Positions 1 through 10,946 of a stretch of 64,000 nt of DNA are shown here, piece after piece. The notes below the pieces were generated by a model. The model was given only the letters and a program-made list of their open reading frames with translations, ran no database searches and had not been told where the DNA came from. Numbering within the stretch: the first letter of the stretch is position 1; each line of letters begins with the position of its first letter. Where the stretch lies: the NCBI GenBank assembly GCA_965644315.1, contig CBFFRQ010000041.1:178506-242505 (forward strand), read 5' to 3'. The stretch comes from Caecitellus pseudoparvulus. Its lineage: Eukaryota; Protista; Bigyra: Bicosoecida. The position numbers and the translations under genes are program-made.

Positions 1-160
1 GGCAACCACCGCCAGCGACGTGCCCCTCGCGGCCGTAGCTCCTGACTCCCCCAAACGGGCACGAAGGACTTGCCATGACGGCAACCTGCAGGACGTCTTT
101 CCTGTTGAATTCTTCCTGGGTGATCCCTTGGACCTCCTGTTTCATCCACAGGGTGAGCAT
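1..160 (-). CDS. possible first exon of a gene running off the window (MLTLWMKQEVQGITQEEFNRKDVLQVAVM...)
   Basis: ATG at 160 opens a frame that stays open to the window edge and reads protein-like. It lies downstream of the AATGCA signal of the neighbouring gene. No family recognised. Confidence 0.3.
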   Translation of the reverse strand, partial: MLTLWMKQEVQGITQEEFNRKDVLQVAVMASPSCPFGGVRSYGREGHVAGGGC

Positions 161-325
161 GGCGGGCGCCGGGCTCCCCGCCCGCCGGCACCACCCATCG
201 TGAAGAGTGTCAGCCCGTCGTGCTTCCTCAACACACTCCCGCCTTTGCTGTCGGCGGAACCGGAGCACACAAGCAAGGGGACGTGACACAGTGCAATGCA
301 TTGCGTGCGCGTGTGCGGGGCCATG

Positions 326-2484
326 CTACGCCGCTGGTGCGAAACTCAGGCGGCGTTGGCGCGGGACGCCATCCGTCACAGCACGTCGCAGGGGAGGCCT
401 CGGCGCCGGCGTCAAACTCGTTTCTTGCCCAGACGCACTGCGATGCAGGGGTGGGGGGCTGTTCGCCTCAATGTCAAAGTGCTCCTGGTCAGCGCTGGGT
501 CCCTGCCCACCTTCCTCGGGCGTGGGTGGCTTGACGGTGGCAGCGAGCGGCAGGTCGGCGTTGATGATGGGCGTGTGGTAGGGGTTGTAAATGGTGGTGG
601 TGGAGATGGGTTCGTCCAGGAGGGGCATGTCCGCCCCCCCCTCCTCCGGCAGGCGCGCGTCCAGCTCCAGCGCCTCTTCCCCCTCCTGCTCCCCACTCCG
701 CCGAGCATCTGGAAGAGGGCTGCCAGCTGGCCACTGGATGAGGGACGTGGCACCTGGAGGTAGAGTCAGGGCGGCCAAGCCCGAATCCTCGTCCGTGGGC
801 GACAGCGCCCGGCGTCCCTTCGTCACACGCAGCGGCGTCGCCAGCGTGTGCGCCATGCCCCGATTGCGCTCCCGGCTGGTGGCCTTGCGCTGGCGCAAGT
901 CTGTGGCCTTGGCGTACAGTGCGTACGGCACGTACTTCTTGCCAGAGCGCAGTTTCCGCGTCGCAACGCTCTCTGGCGCCGGCCCTGACTGCATGAAAGT
1001 GGAGCCGTCAGCCAGCTCAGGCGGGCGCCAGTTCGGGTCCAGGTACGACGACAGCGTCTGGATGATGCCTGTGGCAGAGGCGTGCACGTCCGCCGCCAGG
1101 CCAGCGACAGTTTCGTGCAGCCGCCGGCGGAAGAGTGTGTTGGCGCGGTCCTTGGTGAGAGGCCTGCCGTCCTCCCCTTCTGCGGCAGCCCCCTCGTCGC
1201 CGTCCTGCGCCAAACTCAGCATAGCTGCAGTGCTGGGGCGTGTGGCTCGCCGCCACCAGGCTTGCGCACTGGCCCCGCCGTCGTCGAAGGCGTCCGCTGG
1301 AGCGCTTTCCGGGAGGCCCTCAAGCTGCTCGGCGCTGGGGTCGTCTCCCCCCAGCTTGCGTTGCCGGGCGCCACCAGACACCCCCCGAATGTACTCGCCC
1401 AGGGGCGGGTGGGAAGGCGTGTTCTGCCTGCCTGTTCCGGGTCGCACAGGGAACTCCGACGTGGAGGACTGCACCACATCTTCGAAGAGCGGCGGGCAGC
1501 GCAGGAAGGGATTCTTGGACTCGTGGCTGGTGCCTCGCACCGGCAGACCGTACATCTTGCCCTGGGTGCCTGGAGGCGGCAGCGTCGCGGCGAGGACAGC
1601 GCCCAGGCGGGCCTCACGAGGACCGGGCGAGGGCGCGGTGCTGGGGCGCGTTGGGCCGATGCTCCACTTCCCCGATGACGGCCTGCGGGCTGTGGACTGC
1701 GCCGGAGGCCGACTACGAGCGAGAATGGCGCTGTCCCAGCCCAGCCGGCGCAGGTAGTCTGCGTCGCTGCGGGAGCCGGGGCGCAGCGTGGAGTTGACAG
1801 CGGTGCCGGCCAGGACATCCCGTGCAAAGTGCGAGGCGGCGTCCAGAGCTTGCCTCGCACTAGTAGGCGCGGCATGCACCCCCCCTACCTCGCCCCGTCG
1901 CTTGCTGCCTGGGCTGGGCACGCTGGAGGAGTGCCTGGGCTGCAGCAGGTGGGCATGCCCTTCGCCTCGGACAGCTTGCTCGGCCGCCGCTCGGGCTTGG
2001 GAGACTGTGGCTGTGGCAGACGAGGCAGTGAAGGGGGACTGGAAGACGAGTTTGTCAGGTTTGAATGCGTGGGCACGTTCGAGGGGCCCTGCCTTGGCTT
2101 CGCGAAAGATGCCCGCCGGACCAGCCCGCCGCTCAGACGCGTGGGTCGTCATGAGGCTTGCATGTCGGAAGTGGTCCACTGGCACGGCATCCACAGCGGC
2201 TGCCACCTCCTCAGCAGTCTGTGAGCATCCAGTGCGTGAAGGTAGCGCAAGCGTGTGGGCCACAGCGCAGCTTGCCCGCCAGCTGGTCGCCGCGACCGCG
2301 CGTTTCGGACGTCACTTACCCGGGGCCGAGCGTATGAAAACGACTCTTGCTGCAGCAGAAGCTCCTCCTCTCGAATGCGGCTGGGTGGTTGGCGCAGCGG
2401 GGCCACCTCCTTCGCGGCTGCAGCTGTCAGCCTGGCTCCCCGACTGGCGCCCCGGCTGCGCTGGGGATGCACGTTTGCAGGCAT
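326..2484 (-). CDS. hypothetical low-complexity protein, 2 exons
   Basis: Exon 1 runs 2484-2320 (MPANVHPQ...YARPR), followed by a GTAAGT..CAG intron at 2319-2219 (101 nt) that joins in frame to ORF 326..2263. AATGCA lies 24 nt after the stop. Confidence 0.6.
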
Positions 2485-2840
2485 CCTGCGCTTGCTTCGT
2501 GCAGACGAGCTGCAGCGGCACCCTGCACGAACAGGAAGCACAGCATGCGGCACTCCATCCCTCGGAGGTCAGTTTGAGGGTACTGCATTTGTGTGAAGTT
2601 TGACGGCTGAGGTGCAGCTGTCTGCAGCACTGAGCGGCTGTGCTGCACGCCTGCTCGCAGTTTGCCGAGAGGGCGGAGGTCGAGGAGGACAATGGCACCC
2701 CTGCAACACTTGCAAATTCACCCTTTTCAGTCCCACGCACCAAGTTCTAGCACGCAGCTGCACCTTGGAACCCAACGACAGCCGTGGAAGCGGCACCAGC
2801 ATCAGAGCAACACCACCCGTCATCACCCCTCCATCACAAC

Positions 2841-4337
2841 ATGGCTGCAACCGGCGAGGCAACTGGCGCAGCGGGGAAGGCGGTCACGCCAACTGAAGTT
2901 GTAACCAAGGCAGCAGTCGTCCTTGACTACGCTGACCTCAGCAAGCCCACTGAGGAGTTGAAGGACCGCATCGAGGCCGCGTTCGGGTGCGTGGCACAAA
3001 CATGTCCCGGGTTCCCCGCCGCCGCCTCCACGCTGCGCTGGGCGGCCCTTTGCTGTCACAGATACGACGGACTGGGCATCATTGCCATTACAAACGTACC
3101 AGGATATCTGGAGAAGCGCGAGGCGCTCCTGCCACGTGCACGGGAGTGAGTGAAGCATCGTTTTGCCTGCGTTTCGCTGGCGCCACAGCCTGTCAACACC
3201 TGATCGCCCTCTGCGGTGCTGCGCGTGCAGGTTGGCGCACCTACCAGCTGAGGCACTGAAGCAGTACGAGCATGAGGCTTCTCATTATTCTGTTGGGTGG
3301 AGCCATGGCAAGGAGATCTTCGAGGGTGCGGCAGCGTTGGCACCCGGCGCCAGCGCGTGAAGGATGCCCCACCCTGGCTCCGCTCGCTGACGGTGCGCAG
3401 GCAAGCCCGACTTCGCCAAGGGGTCGTTCTACGCCAACCCGCTGCATGACAAGCCCGTGGATGACGAAGAGCTCATCAAGAAGTGTGCGTGGCGGTGCAA
3501 GGGCCTGGATGGCAGCCAAGCCATGGTCGCGAGCAGGGCCCGTCACAATTGCCTGCGTCCTCCTCCACAGACCCCGCCTTCCTGGAGCCAAACATCTGGC
3601 CAACAGAGCACATCCCCGCGCTGGAGGGCGCCTTCAAAGACTTGGGCAACCTCATCGTCTCCGTGGGCCGGCAGCTGGCCGTGCACTGTGACGGCTTCGT
3701 GGCAGGGAAGGTGCCAGGCTACCCAGCCGACCGCCTGTCCAAGTTGCTGAAGGAGTCCCGCATGTGCAAGGCGCGCCTACTGTACTACTTCCCCCGTTCC
3801 GAGGAGGAGGCCAAGGCAGCTGCCGAGAAGGAGGCCTCCCTGCCGCCCATGGACGCCATCTCGAGCTGGTGCGGCTGGCACAACGACCACGGCTCCCTGA
3901 CCGGCCTGTGCCAGGCCATGTACACTGACGAGGCGGCAGGCGGCAAGGAGATCCCCAACCCAGACCCTTCTGCAGGCCTGTACATCCGCTCCCGCCAGCA
4001 CGAGCTGGTGAAGCTGCAGCTGCCGCCAGGGTGCCTGGCGTTCCAGATCGGCGAGTCCGCCCAGATCCACACTGGGGGCGCGCTGCAGGCGACGCCCCAC
4101 AGCGTGCGCGCGGCAGGGCAGGCCAATGTCGGGCGTGCCACATTGGCTGTGTTCATGGAGCCAGAGTGGGATGAGCCCATGGCACCTCCCAGCACGGGGG
4201 AGGAGGCGGTGGCGAAGGTGACCCAGGGCGCAAAGGGTGAGACCTTGCCCCCCGGCGTGCCGGCGCTGGACAGCCGGTGGAACCCGACCATGGACTTTGG
4301 CGAGTTCACACACGCCACCCTGAGCGCATACTACTGA
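2841..4337 (+). CDS. 2-oxoglutarate/Fe(II)-dependent oxygenase (IPNS/DIOX-like)
   Basis: Introns 2987-3061, 3146-3230, 3326-3400 and 3485-3570 give a continuous ORF. Motifs: YSVGWSHGKE, KGSFYANP, the HxD metal ligands in CGWHNDHGSLT, and a distal His in ATPHSV. Confidence 0.85.
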
Positions 4338-4410
4338 ATGCACAGGCGCCAGTCACGGGGGATGCATTGTTCATACATATAGTCAGGTGCGCGGGCCGGT
4401 GCCCGATGCG

Positions 4411-7058
4411 TCACGCCATTCCTGGCAAGCCGCATGCCATGGGGGAGGCAAGGGCGGGAGGCGAGGGCGTGTCCTGGGCGCGGCGCTTGGCCGCAGGCCG
4501 CAACTGGGGGGACCCCTCCTCATCCAGCTGCGTCATGCACTCCTCCAGGGTGAACCGGCTCACCACCGGTAAGGCTGCTGCGGTGTCTTGCCCCGCTCCC
4601 ACCGCCGCCAGGTCCAATACCCACTGCCTCAACAGCAGCGGGTGGGCTGCAGGCATGAAGCGGCTGCGCTGCATGCAGTGCATGAGGGCATGCTCCTCCA
4701 CCAGGGTGGGCCAGGGCACATCCAGGCCGTGGCCCACTAAGGCAGGCAAGGCGGGCGGAGGCAGGGAGGCGTGCAGGTGAGCCGGGTGCGCTGCCTGCGA
4801 CGGGGCAACGTGCACCCAGGCCAGAGCGGCACCCAGCAGGATGCCACGCCACGAAGCTGGTGTGAGCGGGATGACGGGGATGTGCTGCTGGTCATGCGGA
4901 ACTTGCTTCCGCTGCCACCCTGTGGCCAGCTGGGCTGACCCGCGCAAGGCCAGGGACAGGGCATACGCGACGCACTGCGCGGCTTGGCCATGCTTCTGCA
5001 GGACACCAGAAGCACCAGCCTCACCGCACAGGCTGCCCACCATGGCCAGCACCTCCTGCAGCCACTCGCACACCTGGGGGGAAGAGGGGCAGGCGGAAGG
5101 GGGAGGGTACGCGGGCGCTGCCGCGATGGGGCTGCGAGAGCCAGCTGATGCCTCATCCCCAGAGCGCGGCCCCTCGTCTTGTCCCAGGATCAGGTGCAGG
5201 GTGCCCTTTGCCGCAGGCCCCCGGGTGGGGGAGCCGTTGCACGCCACGTGCAGGTCCGGCTGCAGGCCGCCTCCGGACGGGGCCAGGGGCAGCACGTCCA
5301 TAGCAGTGGGGGGGTACCCGACGGGAGGCGCTGTTCCCGCTGCCAACAGGCCGTGCTGTAGCCCCAGACGGGCGGCACAGGAGGGCAAGGCTTCCTGCGC
5401 CGCCAGCGGCAGGCGTGGCGTCAGCCTCTGCGTCGCTCGGCGTACCATGGCGGCGACATCCCGAGGCAGCGCAGAGAGCAGGGACGATGCCGTGGCGGCA
5501 GCAGAGGTGGCTGGCAGCTGCAAGTGGGTGCCGGACCCGAGTGAGCCTGCCTGCAGGATGGCAATCTCATCCCCCGGCTCCTCCCACAGCCCGGGCACAG
5601 GCAGGCGGCTGGCAGGCTGGCGCAACTCCACCCCGGGCGGCAGCCCGTGCATGAGCTCAGCTTGGAAGTCCCGCAGGCTGGACAGCAAGCGGCGACAGGA
5701 CGCCAGCATGGCATCATGTGCCGCCCGGATGTGCTGCGTGGCAAAGCCAAGGTGTGTGGCCACGGCGGGCGCGGCCTGCCGCATAGCACCCTCCACGACA
5801 TCCAGGAGGAATGCCTCGTAGCCACGCTGGATGAAGGCGCGAGTGCTGGGGTCCAGCCACGTGTGCACAGGGCCACCCACCGTGGTCGGGCTTCGCAGGC
5901 AGGTGAGGATGGGCTGCAGCTGATCCGGCGTCAGGCACTGCGTCGCAGACTGCAGTCTGCTGTCATCCCGCTCAGGCAGCCACGTGCCACCCTCCACCTG
6001 GCCCAGCAGGCACATGAGGCTGTGGGCCGTGTAAGCGAACTGCTTGGCCGCTTCCGCAGTCCCGACAGCTGCGTGGCTGGCCTGCGTTGAAGCGTCCACA
6101 TAAGCCTCAAGGCCTTGCTGTCGCTCGAGCAGCTCCCGGCGGGCCAGGCGCAGCCCGACGGGGTGCACCGCTTGCTGGTGCACGGGGGCGCTGGCTGTGC
6201 TCTGGCGCACGTGGGAGGCCTTGGCCATGCTGGCCTCTGCCTCTGCAGCCAGCATGTCCAGCAGCGCCAGCTGCTGCGCCACCATCTCCCGCCGTGTCTC
6301 CACGGCGCGCTGCAGGCAAAAGACTCGCGTGAACTCCACCAGGGCCACGTGCACGTGTTCCGTCGCACGTGCTTGGATGGAGGCGGGCGTCTCACCCACC
6401 CACGGCATGGTCAGGAGAGCTTGCAGCATGCTGTCACTGAGCGGATGCGCGGTGCCCAGCCGGAAGAGGGCGGCTGCGTTGTGCACGTGCTCCACATCAG
6501 GCTGCACAGTCCACTCCCAGGGCCGCACGCCATCCAGTGAGGCATGTTGCATGGGGTCCCACGTCCACGTGGACGCTGCTGTGCTGCGCGTGCCAAGGGG
6601 TCCTTGGACCTCAGCGCGCAGGATGGCTTCTGGGGCGGACTGCGGCGCAACCAGCGCAGTGGGCGCCCCAGACTTTGACGTACTTTGCGATACTCGCTGA
6701 GGTGGCGTGCCTTCGTCCACCCTGCCAGTGCTGCGGCGTTGCGTTGGGGCGTTGGGTGCCGGCGCCAGGGGCTGCACCGCACCGATGCTGCCGTCATCGC
6801 TCCAGCTTTTGCACAGCCGCATCTGCTCAGCAATGCAGCGCACAATCGCACGGGAAAGTCTGCAAGAGGAACATTTGCGGTGGGCAATGAGTGCCTATGC
6901 GCCCCTTGCACGAGGCGTGGTGCACAGTTGAAGCGCCTCACGCACGGGATGGCTGCGGGATTTGGCAACACTTGAGGTTGTGGCTGCCGCCTGCGTTTAC
7001 GCCGCCTCATGGCAGCGGCACCAGAACCAGGAGGGCCCATCCCAAGAAAGGCCTGCAT
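4411..7058 (-). CDS. hypothetical protein (~850 aa), 2 exons, start uncertain (7058/7040/7010)
   Basis: An 810-aa ORF is joined by a GTGCGT..CAG intron (6945-6860, 86 nt) to an upstream exon containing the basic stretch RRRKRRR. AATGCA lies 43 nt after the stop. Confidence 0.6.
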
Positions 7059-7342
7059 ACTCGGTGCTGCAGGGGCCTGGGCAGCTCCAAAGCGAGCAGG
7101 TTTTCCACGAGGGGGGCTTGTGCGGGGAACGTCCCGACGAAGGCCTGATGCTCCACGGCTAACCTGGCCAATGGTTCTAGAAGTGCACGGCAATCGCCAA
7201 CATCTGCGAGCTAAACGTGGATGTCTGTCCAAGAAATCCATCAAGGTGAATTGGTATGACGCCTGCATTGCCACTTCGTGCCTGCAAACGCCAAGAGCTG
7301 CCTCCACTCCTCCTAAGCAAGCACCAGGAAGCCTGCTGTTGC

Positions 7343-8131
7343 TTACAGGCGGCCGCCAGCGGTGCCCATGGCCTCCACGGTGCCCTCATCGACCTTGGAG
7401 ATGGCCTTGCCGCTGTCAGCAGCGCCATCACCGTGCACCTCCATGAGGCGGGTGAGGTCGAACTTGGGTGCCTTGACGATCTTGACCTTGCGCAGGAAGA
7501 CGTTCTGCATGGGGAAGGTGCTCTCCACAGACTTGGTGATCTCGTCGGCGATGGAGCCAGCAACGAGCTTCTGGAACAGCTCCTTCATGTCGCCCTTGGA
7601 CACCTCCTTGTTCAGGACGTCGATCATGGTCTGGCGGATCTTGCGCACCTGAGCGGACTGGGCGTAGGCAGTGCGCTTGATCTGGTTCTGCTGCTTCTTG
7701 GTGAAGCCGATCACGAAGACGCGCACGGTGAAGCCGTCGGTGGTCTTGACGTCCACGTTGGCCTCGATGAGGGTCTGGAACTTGCGCACCAGGGAGCACA
7801 GCTTGTCCCGGGTGAAGGTCATGCCGTAGAAGTTGCACAGCACAGCAGAGCCCTGCACCTCCTCGCACACGAGGCGGATCTTGCGGAACTCGGCATCCTC
7901 GGCCTGCTTGTTCAGGTCACCCAGGGAGATCTCGAACACGCGGCCCTTGAGCTGCTCAGAGGCGATCTTGGTGCCGATGGTCTTGGTCACTGGGGTCTTG
8001 CCGCACAGGCGGTTCTGGAAGATGGCGGGCACCTTGATGTCGTACCACTCCTTGCGGGTGAAGGGGTCCACGACCTTCTTCTTGCCGCCCTTGCGGCCCT
8101 TGCCCAGCTTCTTGTTCTTGCCGATGGCCAT
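7343..8131 (-). CDS. RPS3A: 40S ribosomal protein eS1 (S3a)
   Basis: [35 protein letters not shown]...KAPKFDL is the canonical eS1 sequence, with strongly C/G-ending codons. Confidence 0.98.
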   Translation of the reverse strand: MAIGKNKKLGKGRKGGKKKVVDPFTRKEWYDIKVPAIFQNRLCGKTPVTKTIGTKIASEQLKGRVFEISLGDLNKQAEDAEFRKIRLVCEEVQGSAVLCNFYGMTFTRDKLCSLVRKFQTLIEANVDVKTTDGFTVRVFVIGFTKKQQNQIKRTAYAQSAQVRKIRQTMIDVLNKEVSKGDMKELFQKLVAGSIADEITKSVESTFPMQNVFLRKVKIVKAPKFDLTRLMEVHGDGAADSGKAISKVDEGTVEAMGTAGGRL

Positions 8132-8570
8132 CTGAGCGGGGGAGGGGGAGGGCAAGCGTGAGTGAGGCGAGGGCAAGGTGGTGAACAGCGCCAGCAGACT
8201 CCGTTGCCGAGAGCACCGTCACGGGGCTGGGGCCGGCACACAACGAACACACTGCCCAGTTGAGTAGACCAAGGCATACTGGGCGAGAACTGCTCAACCC
8301 CAGGAAGACTGGGCAGGCTGCAAGCAGCGGCCTCCCGCTCAGTGCGGAATTAGACTCCTCGCCGACTGCTGCACCGCTCCCCAGCCAGCCACACCCCCAA
8401 GGCACAAGACACGGCCACACGGCAACAAAGCATACAGGCCAGAGGTCAAGGTGCCGCCAGTTCAAGCCGTGCTTGGAGCAACAGGGCAAGCGCAGGGCAG
8501 GCACGGTCAGACACTGCCTCGGTTGCGCCTTTGCCTGCACCGTGGCACGAAACACGGCACACAAACGTAC
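8132..8570 (-). other. 5'-UTR intron of RPS3A (~439 nt)
   Basis: A polypyrimidine tract plus CAG abuts the ATG. The best donor is GTACGT at 8570, just after a pyrimidine-rich (TOP-like) leader TTTTCCCTGTCTC. Confidence 0.6.
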
Positions 8571-8735
8571 AGTTGATGCGTGTGAGACAGGGAAAACCCA
8601 CAACTCAGCACAGAGGAGGATGTTGACAGTGGAGATGGCTCTATGGAAAGTACACGCGGGCGGTGGCAGAGGTGGGCAGCTTGGGGCTTGCATTATGAGT
8701 TCCGGGAATGATGCAAAATGACATCCGCCGCAGCC

Positions 8736-10274
8736 TCACCGAGCTGCCGCATGCGCACTGAACACGCCGGGAGACTGAAGGTACGCAAAGTCCTGCAATA
8801 GTGAGGATGCAGAAGTTGCCTTTTCCCAGGGGGTTCCTGTCCCGTGCAATGTCCACTCCCGCGCTTGGGGGTGTGCTGGGGCGGCGGAGCGGGCAGCGCT
8901 CAGCGCCGCGTCCGCGATGAGGCGGGAGAACAATGCGTCGCGGGCTGCGTAAGTCAGCAGCCGCTGAGGCAAAGGTGCTGAGCCCCAGGCCTTGATCCGG
9001 TGCACGCCCCGCGACTTCCACGAGGTCGCCCCCAGCAAATGCCGTGAGAGGCGTGCCAGCCCCTTCTCACCTCCCACAGCCGCCCCCAGGGTGCCGCCGT
9101 CCACAGTGCCTGGCACAGGCACGCCCCAAGCAGTGGCGACGAGGTCGGCATCCCCTTCGACGCCAACCCCCACGACACGGGGTGCAGCGAGCACAGCAGC
9201 CTCCATTTCGGCGGCGGTGCCGTCTGCAGGCAGGCTCGCCTTGCCACTGTGCCCCAGCACTCGCAGCAAGGCGAGCAGGCCACTCGGCACCCCAGCCTCA
9301 TTCACGACGTCTGCCTCGCCGCCATCACACCACTCCAGCGCCGTGGCGTTCTCGCTGGGTGTGGCCGGGGTCCACGGTGCTTCCGCCTCCCCGAAAGCCT
9401 CCTGCAAGGCGGCGCGCTCCGCTTCTCCTACCTGCAGCGGCGGCGCGGTGAAGGCGCCGCCCGCCTTGGCAGCGTCCTCCCAAGCCGAGAAGGCCGCGGT
9501 GACAGCGTGAGCCAGCCACCGGTCAGTCTTCCCTGTGTACAGCGGGGAAGACGCGTCCCGGCGCATGGCAGGGGAAGCGTGGAACACGAGCACGCCTTTC
9601 GCTGTCGCCAGCTGCAATACCTGCAAGGATGGTGCAGACGTGGACCACTCTGCATCCAGGCCGAGCAGGTGCACGCCAGGCGCCAGGACGTGGTGCAAGA
9701 GCCACGCATGCACTACGCTGGCGTCTGCAGTGTATGTGACTGTCCCAGTGTGGCCCTGGGACAGCGCCAGCTGCTGTGTCTGGCTTTCCCAGGTGATGAC
9801 GTGGTCAGTGCGGCCGAGCAGCGAACCCAGCTCAGCTTGCAAGGCTGCAGCGGAGGAAAGCGGCACAGCATCCGGATACCCAGCGTCTGCCTCCAGCAGT
9901 TCACCCAGCAACTGCTCCGCGCTGGCACTTGCTGTCTCAGCGACTTCCTGTGCGGCAGTTGGCGCCTGCTTGCTGCACTGCTCTGCGGAAGCAGCTGGAG
10001 GTGCCGAGCAAGCCTGCTCAGCCGACAGGGGCGGTGTAGATGGACTGCCCTTCGCCCCAGAGGGCTTCTTTTGCTTCCTACCAGCTGGGGAGCGTGCCTT
10101 TGGAGTCTTTGCTTGCGAGCGCTGCTTCTTGCCAGGTGGCTCAGCTTGACTCGGCGGTGGCTGCGCAGGGCTGGGCTGTACAGGTTGGCCAGGGTCCACG
10201 TGCTTCACGCTGGCAGCATCCTTTGCCTTGGAAGGGGGCTCTTCGTCCTCAAACAAGTACGCGAACACTGACAT
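8736..10274 (-). CDS. 3'-5' exonuclease, DEDDy/WRN-exo-like
   Basis: ExoI LLGLDAEW, VLQLAT, ExoII GVGVEGD, and GLARLS...W..PL...LTYAARDA (ExoIII). Start taken at MSVFAYLF. Confidence 0.8.
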   Translation of the reverse strand: MSVFAYLFEDEEPPSKAKDAASVKHVDPGQPVQPSPAQPPPSQAEPPGKKQRSQAKTPKARSPAGRKQKKPSGAKGSPSTPPLSAEQACSAPPAASAEQCSKQAPTAAQEVAETASASAEQLLGELLEADAGYPDAVPLSSAAALQAELGSLLGRTDHVITWESQTQQLALSQGHTGTVTYTADASVVHAWLLHHVLAPGVHLLGLDAEWSTSAPSLQVLQLATAKGVLVFHASPAMRRDASSPLYTGKTDRWLAHAVTAAFSAWEDAAKAGGAFTAPPLQVGEAERAALQEAFGEAEAPWTPATPSENATALEWCDGGEADVVNEAGVPSGLLALLRVLGHSGKASLPADGTAAEMEAAVLAAPRVVGVGVEGDADLVATAWGVPVPGTVDGGTLGAAVGGEKGLARLSRHLLGATSWKSRGVHRIKAWGSAPLPQRLLTYAARDALFSRLIADAALSAARSAAPAHPQAREWTLHGTGTPWEKATSASSLLQDFAYLQSPGVFSAHAAAR

Positions 10275-10946
10275 GTGCCTGCTGAGGCTGCTCCTCGAGG
10301 TGAGCCCCACCTGGCTGCCTGTGGCAGGCAGCGGCGCGGCGAACGCGTGATGCGCAGGTGCACAGGTGATCAGCCCGAGTGAGGCAACATACCGAAACCA
10401 GGTCTGCACAGCCGCGAGGCGGTCAATGCTACGCGTATCATATTCACGGATCCCACCGTCAGCCCTTGAGGCTGTCTGCGGCGGCGTGCCGGACAAGGTC
10501 AGGCTCGGCGGGTGCGGATTTTGACCCGAGCGGGGCAGCAATTCCCACGCGTGGCTGTGATGTCGGCTTGGGCTGAACGCGTCAACCAAGGCAAGGTGTG
10601 TTTGTAGGGAGAGGGGTTTGGTGTTCAGCATGCAGTGTTCGTTGCATCTGATCCTTGCCTCGCTCTGCGCTGGCCCGGTCCAGCTCCAGCAGCAGTGCTC
10701 CAAAACCAGGCCGCACGGCCTGCCCCCAAAGCGGCGCATAGTGCTGCAGCCCAAGACCGCTGCTCACCCGACACCCGCACTCAAAAGCCGACTCCCAAGC
10801 ACCCAACTCACGGAAACATGCCTGACCACGGACACACGTGTGCGGAACGAGCCCGCTGCCCTCTCTGCGTTGCTGAGCAGCTGCGCGCCGCTTCTTTGCG
10901 GCGCCAGCCCTGAGCGTGCTGGCAGTCACAGCATGCGGCAAAGCCA

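Noticed and set aside
68-73. Possible GC-AG intron donor (GCAAGT, minus strand)
   Set aside because: The gene runs off the window, so frame and acceptor cannot be tested.
2496-2647. Short perfect hairpins in the first divergent gap (2496-2504/2523-2531; 2623-2630/2640-2647)
   Set aside because: These are local TGCA-rich stems with no higher-order nesting and are plausible by chance.
8734-8739. GTGAGG as donor for a 608-nt RPS3A intron
   Set aside because: It coincides with the exonuclease stop codon and lies upstream of that gene's AATGCA signal. The donor at 8570 fits better.
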